Shown: piece after piece, positions 54,792 through 64,000 of the stretch
How the letters are laid out: each line of letters begins with the position of its first letter
Numbering within the stretch: position 1 is the first letter of the stretch
Origin: Hyphomicrobiales bacterium
Lineage (GTDB): Bacteria; Pseudomonadota; Alphaproteobacteria; Rickettsiales; JACKKO01
Reading direction: 5' to 3'
NCBI GenBank assembly: GCA_024236395.1
Contig: JACKKO010000001.1
Span: 576,937 to 640,936 of the forward strand
DNA: 64,000 bases
The notes under the pieces: generated by a model
What the model saw: the letters and a program-made list of their open reading frames with translations, nothing else
Databases searched by the model: none
Told to the model about the DNA's origin: nothing
Translations under genes and position numbers: made by a program

Positions 54792-55562
54792 CTAGGGTTG
54801 CGCTGGAGCCGGGCGGGTGAGGTCGGTGGCGGGGGTGCCGTCTTCACACACACAGGTGCGGAAATTGGTGCCGCTGCAATAGCGTGCGCCGCCGGGGCAC
54901 ATCAGCAGCTTGGTGGGGTTGCCGCCGGGGCTGCGACTGCGATAGGCCCGGCTTTCACGCGGGTCAAACAGGCGGAACGCCTCGTTACGGATGACGGCAT
55001 GCTCCATTTCCTCCTGCGGTGAGAGTTTGGGGCCACTTTCCAGATACGTGTATTTCAGCGGGCCGAGGCAACGGTCATACACGCAGTGCCAGTAGCCATA
55101 GAGCAGGTCGGTGCAGACGGTTTCGGCATCCGGGCAGCCATCCAGTCCTTTGCAGACCTCGCGTACACAGTCGCTGTATTTATACATGGGGTTCAGGCAG
55201 GCTTTATGGCCGGATTCACAATTAGGCACGGCGGTTTCGGCGTCGGCGGCCAGGCATTCTGTTTTCATGCATGCCCAGTATTCGTCCTGCTGGTGCATCA
55301 GCCGCTCGCATTTATAGAGGCCTTTGTTACAGGTTGCGATGGGTTCCTGCTCGGTTTTGCCCGCTTGGCCGGCAGGGTGTAACGGGTCGGGGGGCTGAAT
55401 GGCAGGCTTGTCCTCACAGACGGTAATCATGCAGTGCAGGTAAGGCGATCCCTTGCCGGCATAGGGCTTGCATCGGGTAACGCCTTCCTCGCACACGCCG
55501 GCGGCCTGTGCCCCAGTGCTCAGGGTGATACATAGAATAGAGAAAATGAAAAGCCAGCGCAT
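54792..55562 (-). CDS. secreted cysteine-rich repeat protein (four to five C-x6-C-x9-12-C-x4-C modules)
   Basis: Signal peptide MRWLFIFSILCITLSTGAQA|AG, then a repeated 4-Cys module (see finding). Confidence 0.6.
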   Translation of the reverse strand: MRWLFIFSILCITLSTGAQAAGVCEEGVTRCKPYAGKGSPYLHCMITVCEDKPAIQPPDPLHPAGQAGKTEQEPIATCNKGLYKCERLMHQQDEYWACMKTECLAADAETAVPNCESGHKACLNPMYKYSDCVREVCKGLDGCPDAETVCTDLLYGYWHCVYDRCLGPLKYTYLESGPKLSPQEEMEHAVIRNEAFRLFDPRESRAYRSRSPGGNPTKLLMCPGGARYCSGTNFRTCVCEDGTPATDLTRPAPAQP

Positions 55563-55592
55563 AATATCAGTATAGCACAGCTTGTCCCCGGA

Positions 55593-56393
55593 TTATACCT
55601 CCGCCAGCAGGGCGAGTAATTCACGCTCCAGCAGGGCGAGGCTCTCCGGGGTGGACATGCGGTGATCTCCGGTTTTTTGTAATGTCACTGTAACGCGGGT
55701 ACTTTCCAGTTGCCCGGCCAGCCGGGTGGAAATGTGCCAGGGAACATCCGTATCCTGCATGCCGTGCAGCAGGCGTACCGGGCAGGTGAGTGGGATGGGC
55801 CTATCCAGCAGCAGATGCTTCCGGCCATCTTCGATGAGTGTGCGGGTGATGGGGAAATCCATCGCATCGGGATCGTGACAGTTTTCCTGCGGCAGGACAT
55901 AATAACCGTCCTGCAGAATAGTCTGGCGCTGGGTTTCGGTGAGCTGATCCCAGATCAGATGTTCGGTAAAATCCGGGGCGGATGCAATGCCCAGTAAGCC
56001 GCAGATACGCTCCCGGCGTGCCCGTGCCGTCAGCAGCATGATCCAGCCTCCCATGCTGGAACCCACCAGTATCTGCGGTCCTTCCGTGATCTGATCCAGC
56101 ACGCTCAGTACATCCTTGGCCCAGCGGCCGATACTGCCTTCTTCAAACTTCCCACCGGACTGGCCATGCCCGGTATAATCCATGCGGAGATACGGCACGT
56201 TCCATTCCCGGCAGCGGGCTTCTAGGAAGGTGGCTTTGCTGCCCTGCATATCGGAAAGATAGCCGCCCAGAAACATGACACCGGGTTTTTCTTTGGCGGC
56301 GGGAGCAAACCTGTGATAGGCAATATGGGTGCCGTCAGGCAAAGGAAGAATGGTTGGGGCGTTTGCGTTCATCACATGCATACTAAGAAACAA
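55593..56393 (-). CDS. alpha/beta-fold hydrolase
   Basis: Nucleophile elbow GSSMGG, and later HGMQD and GDH. The start is possibly the ATG at 56372. Confidence 0.75.
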   Translation of the reverse strand: MFLSMHVMNANAPTILPLPDGTHIAYHRFAPAAKEKPGVMFLGGYLSDMQGSKATFLEARCREWNVPYLRMDYTGHGQSGGKFEEGSIGRWAKDVLSVLDQITEGPQILVGSSMGGWIMLLTARARRERICGLLGIASAPDFTEHLIWDQLTETQRQTILQDGYYVLPQENCHDPDAMDFPITRTLIEDGRKHLLLDRPIPLTCPVRLLHGMQDTDVPWHISTRLAGQLESTRVTVTLQKTGDHRMSTPESLALLERELLALLAEV

Positions 56394-57521
56394 CTGGTGT
56401 TACTGCAAGTGTTGCCGCGTCTGGATTCCGGTGGGGTGGAACGCGGGACGCTGGAAGTGGCGAAGGCCGCGGTAGAGGAAGGGTTTACCTCGCTGGTAGC
56501 ATCCAGCGGTGGGGCAATGGTCACACAGCTGGAAGCCGAAGGAAGCCGGCATATCACCCTGCCGCTCAAGGGCCGTAACCCTTTGACGATTTTCCGCAAT
56601 GCTTCCCGTCTGACGGAAGTCATTCGCCGTGAAGGGGTGGATATTGTGCATGCCCGTTCCCGCGCACCGGGCTGGAGCGCCCTGATGGCGGCGCGCTGTG
56701 CCGGGGTGCCTTTCCTCACGACATTTCATGGCTACTATTCGCTGCGCTACCGCTACGGGCCGAAATACTGGTATAATAGTGTGATGGTACGTGGTGAACG
56801 GGTGATTGCGATCTCTGAATTTATCGCGGCGCATCTGAAGGAAGCGTATCATGTGCCGGAGGAGCGGATTCGTCTTATTCCGCGTGGCGCAGATACTGTG
56901 CTGTTTAATCCGGAACGGGTGCGTGAGGCTGAGATGGTGGCGCTGCGTCAACAATGGGGGCTGGCAGAACCGTGGCCGGTAATTTTTGTGCCGGGCCGGA
57001 TTGTCCGGCGCAAGGGGCAGGCATTGGTGCTGGAGGCGCTGAAGCATATGGCAGACCAGGACTGGCACTGCGTGATGGCCGGAAATGCCAAGGGGCATGA
57101 GGCCTATGCCGCGGAGTTATTGCAAAAAGCAGAGTCTTACGGGCTGAAAGACCGGGTGCGGATCGTGCCGCCCTGCAGCGCTATGTCGGCAGCTTATGCG
57201 CTGGCGGCGGTGACGATCAATGCGTCCACATTGCCGGAAGCCTTCGGGCGTATCCCGGTGGAGGCGCAGGCGATGGGGTGCCCCGTGGTGGCGACCGCGC
57301 TGGGCGGGGCGCTGGAAACCGTACAGGATGGTAAAACCGGCTGGCTGGTGGATGCCAAACGACCGGAAGCCATGGCGGAAGCTCTCAAAACGGCGCTGAC
57401 AATGGATGCATCTGCCCGGGCGGCGATGGCACATGCAGCGCGTACCCATGTGGAAAAGTATTTCTCCATGCATCAGATGTGCGGTAAAACATTAGAGTTA
57501 TACTATGAACTTCTGGCATAA
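56376..57521 (+). CDS. family 4 (GT-B) glycosyltransferase
   Basis: LQVLPRLDSGGVERGT N-terminus and C-terminal EAFGRIPVEAQAMGCPVVAT (E-x7-E motif). Confidence 0.85.
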   Translation: MHTKKQLVLLQVLPRLDSGGVERGTLEVAKAAVEEGFTSLVASSGGAMVTQLEAEGSRHITLPLKGRNPLTIFRNASRLTEVIRREGVDIVHARSRAPGWSALMAARCAGVPFLTTFHGYYSLRYRYGPKYWYNSVMVRGERVIAISEFIAAHLKEAYHVPEERIRLIPRGADTVLFNPERVREAEMVALRQQWGLAEPWPVIFVPGRIVRRKGQALVLEALKHMADQDWHCVMAGNAKGHEAYAAELLQKAESYGLKDRVRIVPPCSAMSAAYALAAVTINASTLPEAFGRIPVEAQAMGCPVVATALGGALETVQDGKTGWLVDAKRPEAMAEALKTALTMDASARAAMAHAARTHVEKYFSMHQMCGKTLELYYELLA

Positions 57522-58542
57522 ATTCAAACAGGCCGTTGACCGGTTTTTTCATTATGTACCGCACCCGGTGGGGATTTCCATTCGCAAAGTGCTGGTGATT
57601 AAGCATGGCGCGCTGGGGGATTTTATCCTGGCGACAGGGCCAATGCGCGCCATCCGCGAGCATCATAAAGATGCGCATATTACCCTACTAACAACACCGC
57701 CTTATAAGACATTAGGCGAAGCCACCGGCTGGTTTGATGATGTGTGGGTAGATACACGGCCATCCTTCTGGAAAATTAGGGAAAATTTCAGAACCATCCA
57801 TCGTATCCGGGATGCGCAGTTTGACCGGGTGTATGATCTGCAGACCTCCAGCCGGAGTAACTTTTATTTCCGGGCACTGGGGCGGAAGAAGCCGCAATGG
57901 AACGGGATTATCGAATGGTGCTCGCACCCGCATCTGAACCCGGAGCGAAAGCATATGCATACGATAGAACGGCAGGCGGAGCAGCTCAGTATCGCGGGGA
58001 TTGAAACCGTGCCGCGTCCGAATGTGGGCTTCCTGAAAGCAGATATTTCCCGGTTTAACCTGCCGGAGCGTTATGCGCTGGTGGTGGCGGGTGGTTCCAA
58101 GCATCGTCCGGAAAAGCGCTGGAGTATGGACGGCTTCCAGAAACTGGGGAACTGGCTGCTGGAAAAGGAGATTACGCCTGTTTTCCTTGGCACCAAGGCA
58201 GAGAAATGGCATGTGCATGATATTGTGGGGAAGGTCAAGGGAGCGATCAATCTGACAGACGGTACCAGCTTTGCTGAAATCGCGGAGCTGGCGCGCCATG
58301 CGCAGTTAGCAGTGGGCAACGATACCGGGCCGATGCATCTAATCGCGGCAGCAAAATGCCCGTCCTTCGTGCTGTTTTCTGAGGCCTCCAAGCCAGAGCT
58401 ATGCGCGCCCTGGGGGAAACACGTCACCTCCATTCAGGAGCCTGACCTTAGCAAACTGGATGTGATGGATGTCCGCGACGTGATTGAAGACACGCTTGAC
58501 CTTGACAAGCCAGCAAATCAGAAAACCACCAATTTAAAGTAG
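57505..58542 (+). CDS. family 9 glycosyltransferase (LPS heptosyltransferase-like)
   Basis: KHGALGDFILATGPMRAIREHH..., VGNDTGPMHLIAA. Confidence 0.85.
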   Translation: MNFWHKFKQAVDRFFHYVPHPVGISIRKVLVIKHGALGDFILATGPMRAIREHHKDAHITLLTTPPYKTLGEATGWFDDVWVDTRPSFWKIRENFRTIHRIRDAQFDRVYDLQTSSRSNFYFRALGRKKPQWNGIIEWCSHPHLNPERKHMHTIERQAEQLSIAGIETVPRPNVGFLKADISRFNLPERYALVVAGGSKHRPEKRWSMDGFQKLGNWLLEKEITPVFLGTKAEKWHVHDIVGKVKGAINLTDGTSFAEIAELARHAQLAVGNDTGPMHLIAAAKCPSFVLFSEASKPELCAPWGKHVTSIQEPDLSKLDVMDVRDVIEDTLDLDKPANQKTTNLK

Positions 58543-59280
58543 TTCGATTTTATCGCTTTTCAGATGAGTCTCAACGTTATTTGAGGCTGGTTTTGGTAAT
58601 AGACCCAACTCCTCACTACCCATTGGAACGAGCTCTATGCCGGACGTTGGTATCTCCCCAAGTGGAACAGCTTCCCAGCCAGGATTCTGCTTTCTCAGCA
58701 TATCCACCACGTCTTTCCAATTGTGTTTTTTCTCAAGCTCAACAAAATCCGGTTCAGCAAGCTGTTGCTCTCTAATACGTTCCCGTAATTCTCCCAGTGT
58801 GTATTCTTTGTTGCCGCTTTGTATAGTAATGTAATCATCATCGGGTGCAATGATGATTTTACGCCCTGTTCCTTTAACAGTCAGCTCAATTTGTCCCCAT
58901 TCCAGATCTGTGTTGATTTCTGGGTCGAATTCGACGTCATCCCCTTTAACCATTCGCATACGCATTTCATACATGTCAAGACCATCAATAATAACTGTTG
59001 CTCCTTTAAATTTTGAGAATTCATCCCTGGCCGAAAGGCCATCAACATAATCGATTTCTCCCATTCTGGAGGGATTATTTGGATTTTCTCGAAGATCAAC
59101 AATTTCGGTGTTAACAATGTGGTCATTTACTCCGGGTGTCTGGATGACATGATCTTTCTCTGTACCGTCTTTTGCGCCGCCATCGTATTTATGTGGGTGG
59201 GGTTGTGTAACACCATTTGAAAGTTTCTCGTCGTTATAACTTTCGACAAAATTACCAGAGCCATTTTTAACCTGAACCAT
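58534..59280 (-). CDS. hypothetical protein, 248 aa (A+T-rich gene)
   Basis: A long ORF convergent with the GT9 gene, overlapping it by 9 nt. No motif recognised. Confidence 0.5.
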   Translation of the reverse strand: MVQVKNGSGNFVESYNDEKLSNGVTQPHPHKYDGGAKDGTEKDHVIQTPGVNDHIVNTEIVDLRENPNNPSRMGEIDYVDGLSARDEFSKFKGATVIIDGLDMYEMRMRMVKGDDVEFDPEINTDLEWGQIELTVKGTGRKIIIAPDDDYITIQSGNKEYTLGELRERIREQQLAEPDFVELEKKHNWKDVVDMLRKQNPGWEAVPLGEIPTSGIELVPMGSEELGLLPKPASNNVETHLKSDKIELL

Positions 59281-59486
59281 CGATTTATCCTTTAAATATA
59301 AATATAATTACTGGGCTTATACTACAGCTTAACAACATATCCTTAACAAATGGTTAAGGGTATGTTGTATTTTAGGTATAAGATTTGAAAACGTTATTCT
59401 GAAGTGAAATTGATCTTAATTATTGTATTATTTAGTAATTAGGATAAAAACGAGTCTCTGTTTTTTTAAAGAGATGAGAGTTCGTT

Positions 59487-61397
59487 ATGATCACGATCAC
59501 CCTGCCTGATGGCACCGCGCGCACCTATCCCACGCCGGTAACCGGGTTGGATGTGGCAGCCAGTATTGGCGAGGGGTTGAAAAAGGCTGCGCTGGCGGTG
59601 GAGCTGGATGGTGAACTGCGTGACCTGACGCGGGAAATTGAGCGCGATGCCCATATCCGCATCATCACCGCGCGTGATCCGGAAGGGCTGGAGCTGATTC
59701 GCCACGATGCCGCGCATATTCTGGCGGAGGCGGTGAAGGAGCTTTACCCTGATACGCAGGTGACGATTGGCCCGGCCATTGAAAACGGGTTCTATTATGA
59801 TTTTGCCCGTAAGGAACCGTTTACGCCCGACGATCTGGAAACGATCGAGAAGCGGATGCAGGAGATCATTGCCCGTGATGAGCCGATTGTCCGTGAAGTG
59901 TGGGATCGTGACGAGGCGGTAAAATTCTTCAAAGCGCAGGGAGAAGCCTATAAAGCTGAGATTATTGGCGATCTGCCGGAAGGTGAAGTGATTACGCTCT
60001 ATCGTCAGGGCGATTTTATTGATCTGTGCCGGGGGCCGCATGCGCCGTCCACCGGGCGGGTGCCTGCCATCAAGCTGATGAAAGTGGCCGGGGCGTACTG
60101 GCGCGGCGATCACCGCAATGAAATGCTGCAGCGGATATACGGAACGGCATGGCCGGATGCCAAGCAGCTGCGGCACTATCTCACCATGCTGGAAGAAGCC
60201 GAGAAGCGCGATCACCGGCGCTTAGGGCGTGAGCTGGATCTGTTCCATATCCAGGAAGAAGCCGTCGGGCAGGTGTTCTGGCACGATAAGGGCTGGACAC
60301 TCTATCAGGCTTTACAGCACTATATTCGCAATAAACTACGCGCCAATGATTACCAGGAGGTGAAAACACCGATCCTGGTGGATCGTGTGTTGTGGGAAGA
60401 ATCCGGGCATTGGGATAAGTTCCGGGAGCATATGTTCACGGCGGAATCCGAGGAAAAAATCCTCGCCATGAAGCCGATGAATTGCCCCTGCCATGTGCAG
60501 ATCTTTAAAATCGGCACTAAGAGCTACCGCGACCTGCCGCTCAGGATGGCGGAATTTGGGATGTGCCACCGTAACGAGCCCTCCGGGGCATTACATGGGC
60601 TGATGCGGGTGCGCGGCTTTACGCAGGACGATGCCCATATTTTCTGTACCGAAGACCAGATTACGTCGGAAACAGTGGCGTTCTGTCAGCTCCTGCTGGA
60701 AGTATACAGGGAGTTGGGCTTTGACGAGGTGCGGGTGAAATTCTCTGATCGGCCGGAAGTTCGTGCCGGGGATGATGCCATCTGGGATAAAGCGGAAAGC
60801 AGCCTGAAGGAAGCCGTGGAGGCCACGGGGCTGGAATATACGCTGAATCCGGGGGAAGGGGCGTTCTATGGCCCGAAGATTGAATTCGTCCTGCGCGACG
60901 CCATTGGCCGGGACTGGCAATGCGGGACGTTGCAGGTGGACTTTGTCCTGCCGGAACGGCTGGGTGCGGAATATATTGGGGCGGATGGGGCAAAACATCG
61001 CCCGGTCATGCTGCACCGTGCAATTCTTGGTTCGTTTGAACGGTTTATTGCCATCCTGATTGAGCAATATGCCGGAAAATTCCCACTATGGCTGGCACCA
61101 GTGCAGGCGGTGGTATCGCCCATTACCAGCGAGACAGACACCTATGCCGAGGAGGTGATGGCTCTGCTGCGCGAAGCTGGAATCCGTACGGAAATCGATT
61201 TGCGGAACGAAAAAATCAATTATAAGGTGCGGGAACATTCCCACCGGAAAATCCCGTATATCCTTGCCGTTGGCGCGCGGGAGGTACAGGAACGCACAGT
61301 TGCTGTGCGGGAACTGGGTAAGCAGGGACAAGAAACGCTTGCACTTGACGCTGTGGTAGCTAAACTAAAGGAACAGGCAACCGTACCGGGAGTCTGA
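59487..61397 (+). CDS. thrS: threonine--tRNA ligase
   Basis: TGS domain MITITLPDG, class II motifs (FRHE-like [33 protein letters not shown]), and an anticodon-binding C-terminus. Confidence 0.97.
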   Translation: MITITLPDGTARTYPTPVTGLDVAASIGEGLKKAALAVELDGELRDLTREIERDAHIRIITARDPEGLELIRHDAAHILAEAVKELYPDTQVTIGPAIENGFYYDFARKEPFTPDDLETIEKRMQEIIARDEPIVREVWDRDEAVKFFKAQGEAYKAEIIGDLPEGEVITLYRQGDFIDLCRGPHAPSTGRVPAIKLMKVAGAYWRGDHRNEMLQRIYGTAWPDAKQLRHYLTMLEEAEKRDHRRLGRELDLFHIQEEAVGQVFWHDKGWTLYQALQHYIRNKLRANDYQEVKTPILVDRVLWEESGHWDKFREHMFTAESEEKILAMKPMNCPCHVQIFKIGTKSYRDLPLRMAEFGMCHRNEPSGALHGLMRVRGFTQDDAHIFCTEDQITSETVAFCQLLLEVYRELGFDEVRVKFSDRPEVRAGDDAIWDKAESSLKEAVEATGLEYTLNPGEGAFYGPKIEFVLRDAIGRDWQCGTLQVDFVLPERLGAEYIGADGAKHRPVMLHRAILGSFERFIAILIEQYAGKFPLWLAPVQAVVSPITSETDTYAEEVMALLREAGIRTEIDLRNEKINYKVREHSHRKIPYILAVGAREVQERTVAVRELGKQGQETLALDAVVAKLKEQATVPGV

Positions 61398-61433
61398 ACT
61401 TAGTACGCGTTAACAACAAACAGGAGAACTGGT

Positions 61434-61952
61434 ATATCTACCTCCAAAGACCAAGGGCCTCGTATCAACGAGGATATCCGATCCCCCACAGTCCGATTGA
61501 TTGATCACGAAGGAACGATGCTCGGCGATATGCCGGTTGCAAAAGCATTACAGAGTGCAGAAGCTGCAGGGCTGGATCTTGTAGAGCTGAATCCCAACGC
61601 AAACCCGCCGATCTGTAAGTTGCTGGATTACGGTAAATTCCGTTATGAAGCACAGAAAAAAGCTAAAGAAGCCAAGAAGCATCAGAAGGTTGTGCAGATT
61701 AAAGAAATCAAGCTGCGTCCCACCATCGATCAGCATGATTACGATGTGAAGCTGCGCAATACCCGCCGCTTTATTGAGGAAGGAAACAAGGTGAAAGTCA
61801 CCTTGCGATTCCGTGGCCGGGAAGTGGTACACGAGGAGCTGGGCTTTAATGTATTAAAACGTCTGGCAAAGGATGTGGAAGATATTGCCCGCGTGGAGGT
61901 GGCTCCGCGCCTCGATTCCCGCCAGATTACCATGATGCTGGCGGAGAAATAA
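61434..61952 (+). CDS. infC: translation initiation factor IF-3, probably with a non-canonical ATA start
   Basis: ...[23 protein letters not shown]... is conserved IF-3 N-terminus lying upstream of the TTG used by the ORF track. The frame is open from 61404. AGGAGA at 61422-61427 sits 6 nt before ATA at 61434. Confidence 0.85.
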   Translation: MSTSKDQGPRINEDIRSPTVRLIDHEGTMLGDMPVAKALQSAEAAGLDLVELNPNANPPICKLLDYGKFRYEAQKKAKEAKKHQKVVQIKEIKLRPTIDQHDYDVKLRNTRRFIEEGNKVKVTLRFRGREVVHEELGFNVLKRLAKDVEDIARVEVAPRLDSRQITMMLAEK

Positions 61953-61962
61953 GTAGCCTTCC

Positions 61963-62742
61963 TTACATACCCCGCTTACGTTGCTCTTTCAAAAACACCA
62001 TACCACTGACCGGGATGGAGAGGGTATATAGTACGCCCACACTCATCAGCGTTAACCAGGGTTCGCTGATAAACAGGATGAAAAGCAACCCAGCCGCTAC
62101 CAGCACCAGCGAAGCATATTCGCGCTTTACAACGGTTTTCTTGAAGGAGAACGTAGGGATACGGCTGACCATCATCAGTGCCACCACGGCGAGCCACAGG
62201 CAAACGAACCAGGGCTTCTGGAACAATACCATATGCGGTGCCAGATCCGGATAATCGGCGAGAACAAAGGTCAACATCAGGGGAGCGAGCGCCATCAATG
62301 CCCCTGCGGGTGCAGGAATGCCCACAAAATAGTGATCCGACCAGGGTGGAGTTTTTTCTTCGTCCAGTTCTGAGTTGAAGCGTGCCAGGCGGATGGCCCC
62401 GCATATGGCAAAGAATAATGCCAATGCCCATCCTACAGCCTTGATATCATGCGTGACCCATAAATAGCTGATGAAGCCCGGTGCAACCCCAAAGTTCATG
62501 AAATCCGAGAGCGAATCCAATTGTGCGCCGAAGTTACTGGTGGATTTCAACAGGCGCGCCAGCCGTCCATCCATGGCGTCAATACAGGCAGCAATCAGAA
62601 TAAATGCCACGGCCAGTTCCCAGCGGGCATCCAGCGCATAGCGCATACCTGTCATCCCGGCGCACAGGCCAAGCAATGTCAGCATATTGGGTGTTAGCCT
62701 TGCCAGATGAAGTGTACGGGAACTGTCCTGTGGTGTTTCCAT
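61963..62742 (-). CDS. pssA: CDP-diacylglycerol--serine O-phosphatidyltransferase
   Basis: CDP-alcohol phosphatidyltransferase motif DAMDGRLARLLKSTSNFGAQLDSLSD. Confidence 0.9.
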   Translation of the reverse strand: METPQDSSRTLHLARLTPNMLTLLGLCAGMTGMRYALDARWELAVAFILIAACIDAMDGRLARLLKSTSNFGAQLDSLSDFMNFGVAPGFISYLWVTHDIKAVGWALALFFAICGAIRLARFNSELDEEKTPPWSDHYFVGIPAPAGALMALAPLMLTFVLADYPDLAPHMVLFQKPWFVCLWLAVVALMMVSRIPTFSFKKTVVKREYASLVLVAAGLLFILFISEPWLTLMSVGVLYTLSIPVSGMVFLKEQRKRGM

Positions 62743-62774
62743 AGCCGTATTCTAGCAGTGCAGAAGGGTTCCGC

Positions 62775-63479
62775 CTAGTGCTTAATACCTTTGCGCTTTT
62801 TATGTTTGCCTTTCAGGTCTGCCAGCACAGTTTCGCCGCCGATCATACGCTGGCCTTCCAGTACCAGCGGGGTGATATCTTCTGGTAAATAAACGTCCAC
62901 ACGGCTGCCAAATCGAATAATGCCAAACACTTCGCCAGTATGGACTTTCTGTTCCTCTTGCAGATCGCATACAATGCGGCGGGCAATGAGTCCGGCAATC
63001 TGTACAAACACAATGTCTTTACCATCCTCGGTGGTGACCATGCACACTTGCCGCTCATTTTCCTCGCTGGCTTTATCCAGTGTGGCATTAAGGAACTTTC
63101 CGGCGTGGTAGACCAACTTACTGATTTTTCCGGAAACCGGCACACGGTTCACGTGTACGTCAAACACACTAAGGAAAATACTAATCCGGGTCAGTGGCTC
63201 TTCGCTCATTTCCAGCTCCGGTGGGGGCGGGGCATGCTCAATACGCGAAACGACACCATCGGCCGGACTGAGGACAAAACTGGGTTCATCCGGGCTAATG
63301 CGGTAGGGGTTACGGAAAAAATACACGCACCAGGCGGTGGCAATGAGTCCGAGTACACCCAGCGGTTCCAAAATAAGCGCTAAAATGACACTGACAACAG
63401 CAAAAATCGTGATGAACAGGTAGCCCTCACGGTGAATAGGCACCATGATGTGCCGAATTGTATCTTGAATGATATTCAT
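62775..63479 (-). CDS. psd: phosphatidylserine decarboxylase proenzyme (short type)
   Basis: 234 aa, with a GS cleavage-site context IRFGSRVDVYLP. Confidence 0.9.
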   Translation of the reverse strand: MNIIQDTIRHIMVPIHREGYLFITIFAVVSVILALILEPLGVLGLIATAWCVYFFRNPYRISPDEPSFVLSPADGVVSRIEHAPPPPELEMSEEPLTRISIFLSVFDVHVNRVPVSGKISKLVYHAGKFLNATLDKASEENERQVCMVTTEDGKDIVFVQIAGLIARRIVCDLQEEQKVHTGEVFGIIRFGSRVDVYLPEDITPLVLEGQRMIGGETVLADLKGKHKKRKGIKH

Positions 63480-63565
63480 TTTCCAGAATTTATTAGTTAA
63501 ATATTTACTTTTTCTAAGGTATTTGCCATACTCAGTATCTCAAACACCCTGCCATAGGAGGCATA

Positions 63566-63712
63566 ATGGCAAACACCACCCACGTCAATGAAGAAAGGGA
63601 TGCCGGTGAGGCACTTTTCATGGATCAGTTGATCTATTTGTTGCAGTTGGAGGGGCATACCATTACGCCTGAAATGCTGGATCAGGTGATGTACGGGCAG
63701 GTTGAACAATAA
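63566..63712 (+). CDS. hypothetical 48-aa protein
   Basis: The ATG is preceded by AGGAGG at 63556-63561. I prefer it over the antisense 70-aa track ORF, which lacks a ribosome-binding site. Confidence 0.35.
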   Translation: MANTTHVNEERDAGEALFMDQLIYLLQLEGHTITPEMLDQVMYGQVEQ

Positions 63713-63718
63713 CGCCGA

Positions 63719-64000
63719 ATGTCAATATTTAACCACCCTACTGAACATGAAACCCTGATGGCACTGGCCCGCGCACGGGATCTTTATAAAAAATTTGAGT
63801 TTGAATTTGGGCACGCGGATACCCAAAATGTCGGTATCTTGATCAAAACGTTTTATGATGTACATACGGCGTTATTTGGCAAAGAGACATTTATAGAACG
63901 TGAACAAAGGCCGGGTGAGGTAGTTGGTAGTCCTCAGAAATACATGCCTGATATACAAATAAAATCCAGCATCACGAATATTTTTTCAAACTTCATGGCG
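63719..64000 (+). CDS. hypothetical protein, 3' end outside window
   Basis: The ATG lies 6 nt after the previous stop, and the frame is open to the window edge (MSIFNHPTEHETLMALARARDLYKKF...). Confidence 0.4.
   Translation, partial: MSIFNHPTEHETLMALARARDLYKKFEFEFGHADTQNVGILIKTFYDVHTALFGKETFIEREQRPGEVVGSPQKYMPDIQIKSSITNIFSNFMA

Noticed and set aside
63497-63709. A 70-aa minus-strand ORF from the ORF track.
   Set aside because: It has no ribosome-binding site. The opposite strand has an AGGAGG-preceded ORF followed directly by a second ORF. The call remains low confidence either way.

Overview
This 64-kb chromosomal window looks alphaproteobacterial. Supporting features are the fused ispDF, a DUF1013 protein, a short-type psd-pssA pair, divergent dusB/ispDF, adjacent serC-serA, and a porin ending in ...YLSF. 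I cannot assign a genus. The short palindromic GTCATTCC...GGATCCAG repeats and the many A+T-rich orphan genes suggest a host-associated or intracellular lineage, but that is inference. G+C-rich housekeeping genes make up most of the window: hldE, yifB, purK, manC, thiL, nusB, ribH, ribBA, ribE, putA, acyP, ffh, rpoD, dnaG, dusB, ispDF, pgpA, pncC, phaZ, serA, serC, thrS, infC, pssA, psd and three tRNAs. These are interrupted, sometimes inside operons, by visibly A+T-richer lineage-specific genes. I found no CRISPR array, transposase, integrase or rRNA. The observations I would follow up are: (1) a 612-aa protein next to tRNA-Gly with one intact RNase III domain, one degenerate RNase III domain and a dsRBD-like tail, which is a Drosha/Dicer-like tandem layout; (2) an operon of five tandem paralogous small lipoproteins sharing a G-W-x-D-G-C...Y-C two-cysteine module I do not recognise; (3) three tandem divergent receiver-like (CheY-fold) paralogs inserted between ispDF and pgpA beside repeat elements; (4) a PP2C phosphatase gene wedged between ribBA and ribH with overlapping stop/start codons; (5) a four-helix-bundle (23S-IVS-family) gene between serC and serA, bracketed by inverted arrays of an 8-bp CGTGA repeat, plus a gene-less array of the same repeat after ispDF; (6) a glycan locus (manC, sulfotransferase, two PhyH dioxygenase paralogs, GT2, WbsX) whose enzymes share modules and Lys/Ala-rich tails similar to a ~130-aa histone-H1-like extension on RpoD. 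All domain calls come from reading the translations by eye. No database search was run.
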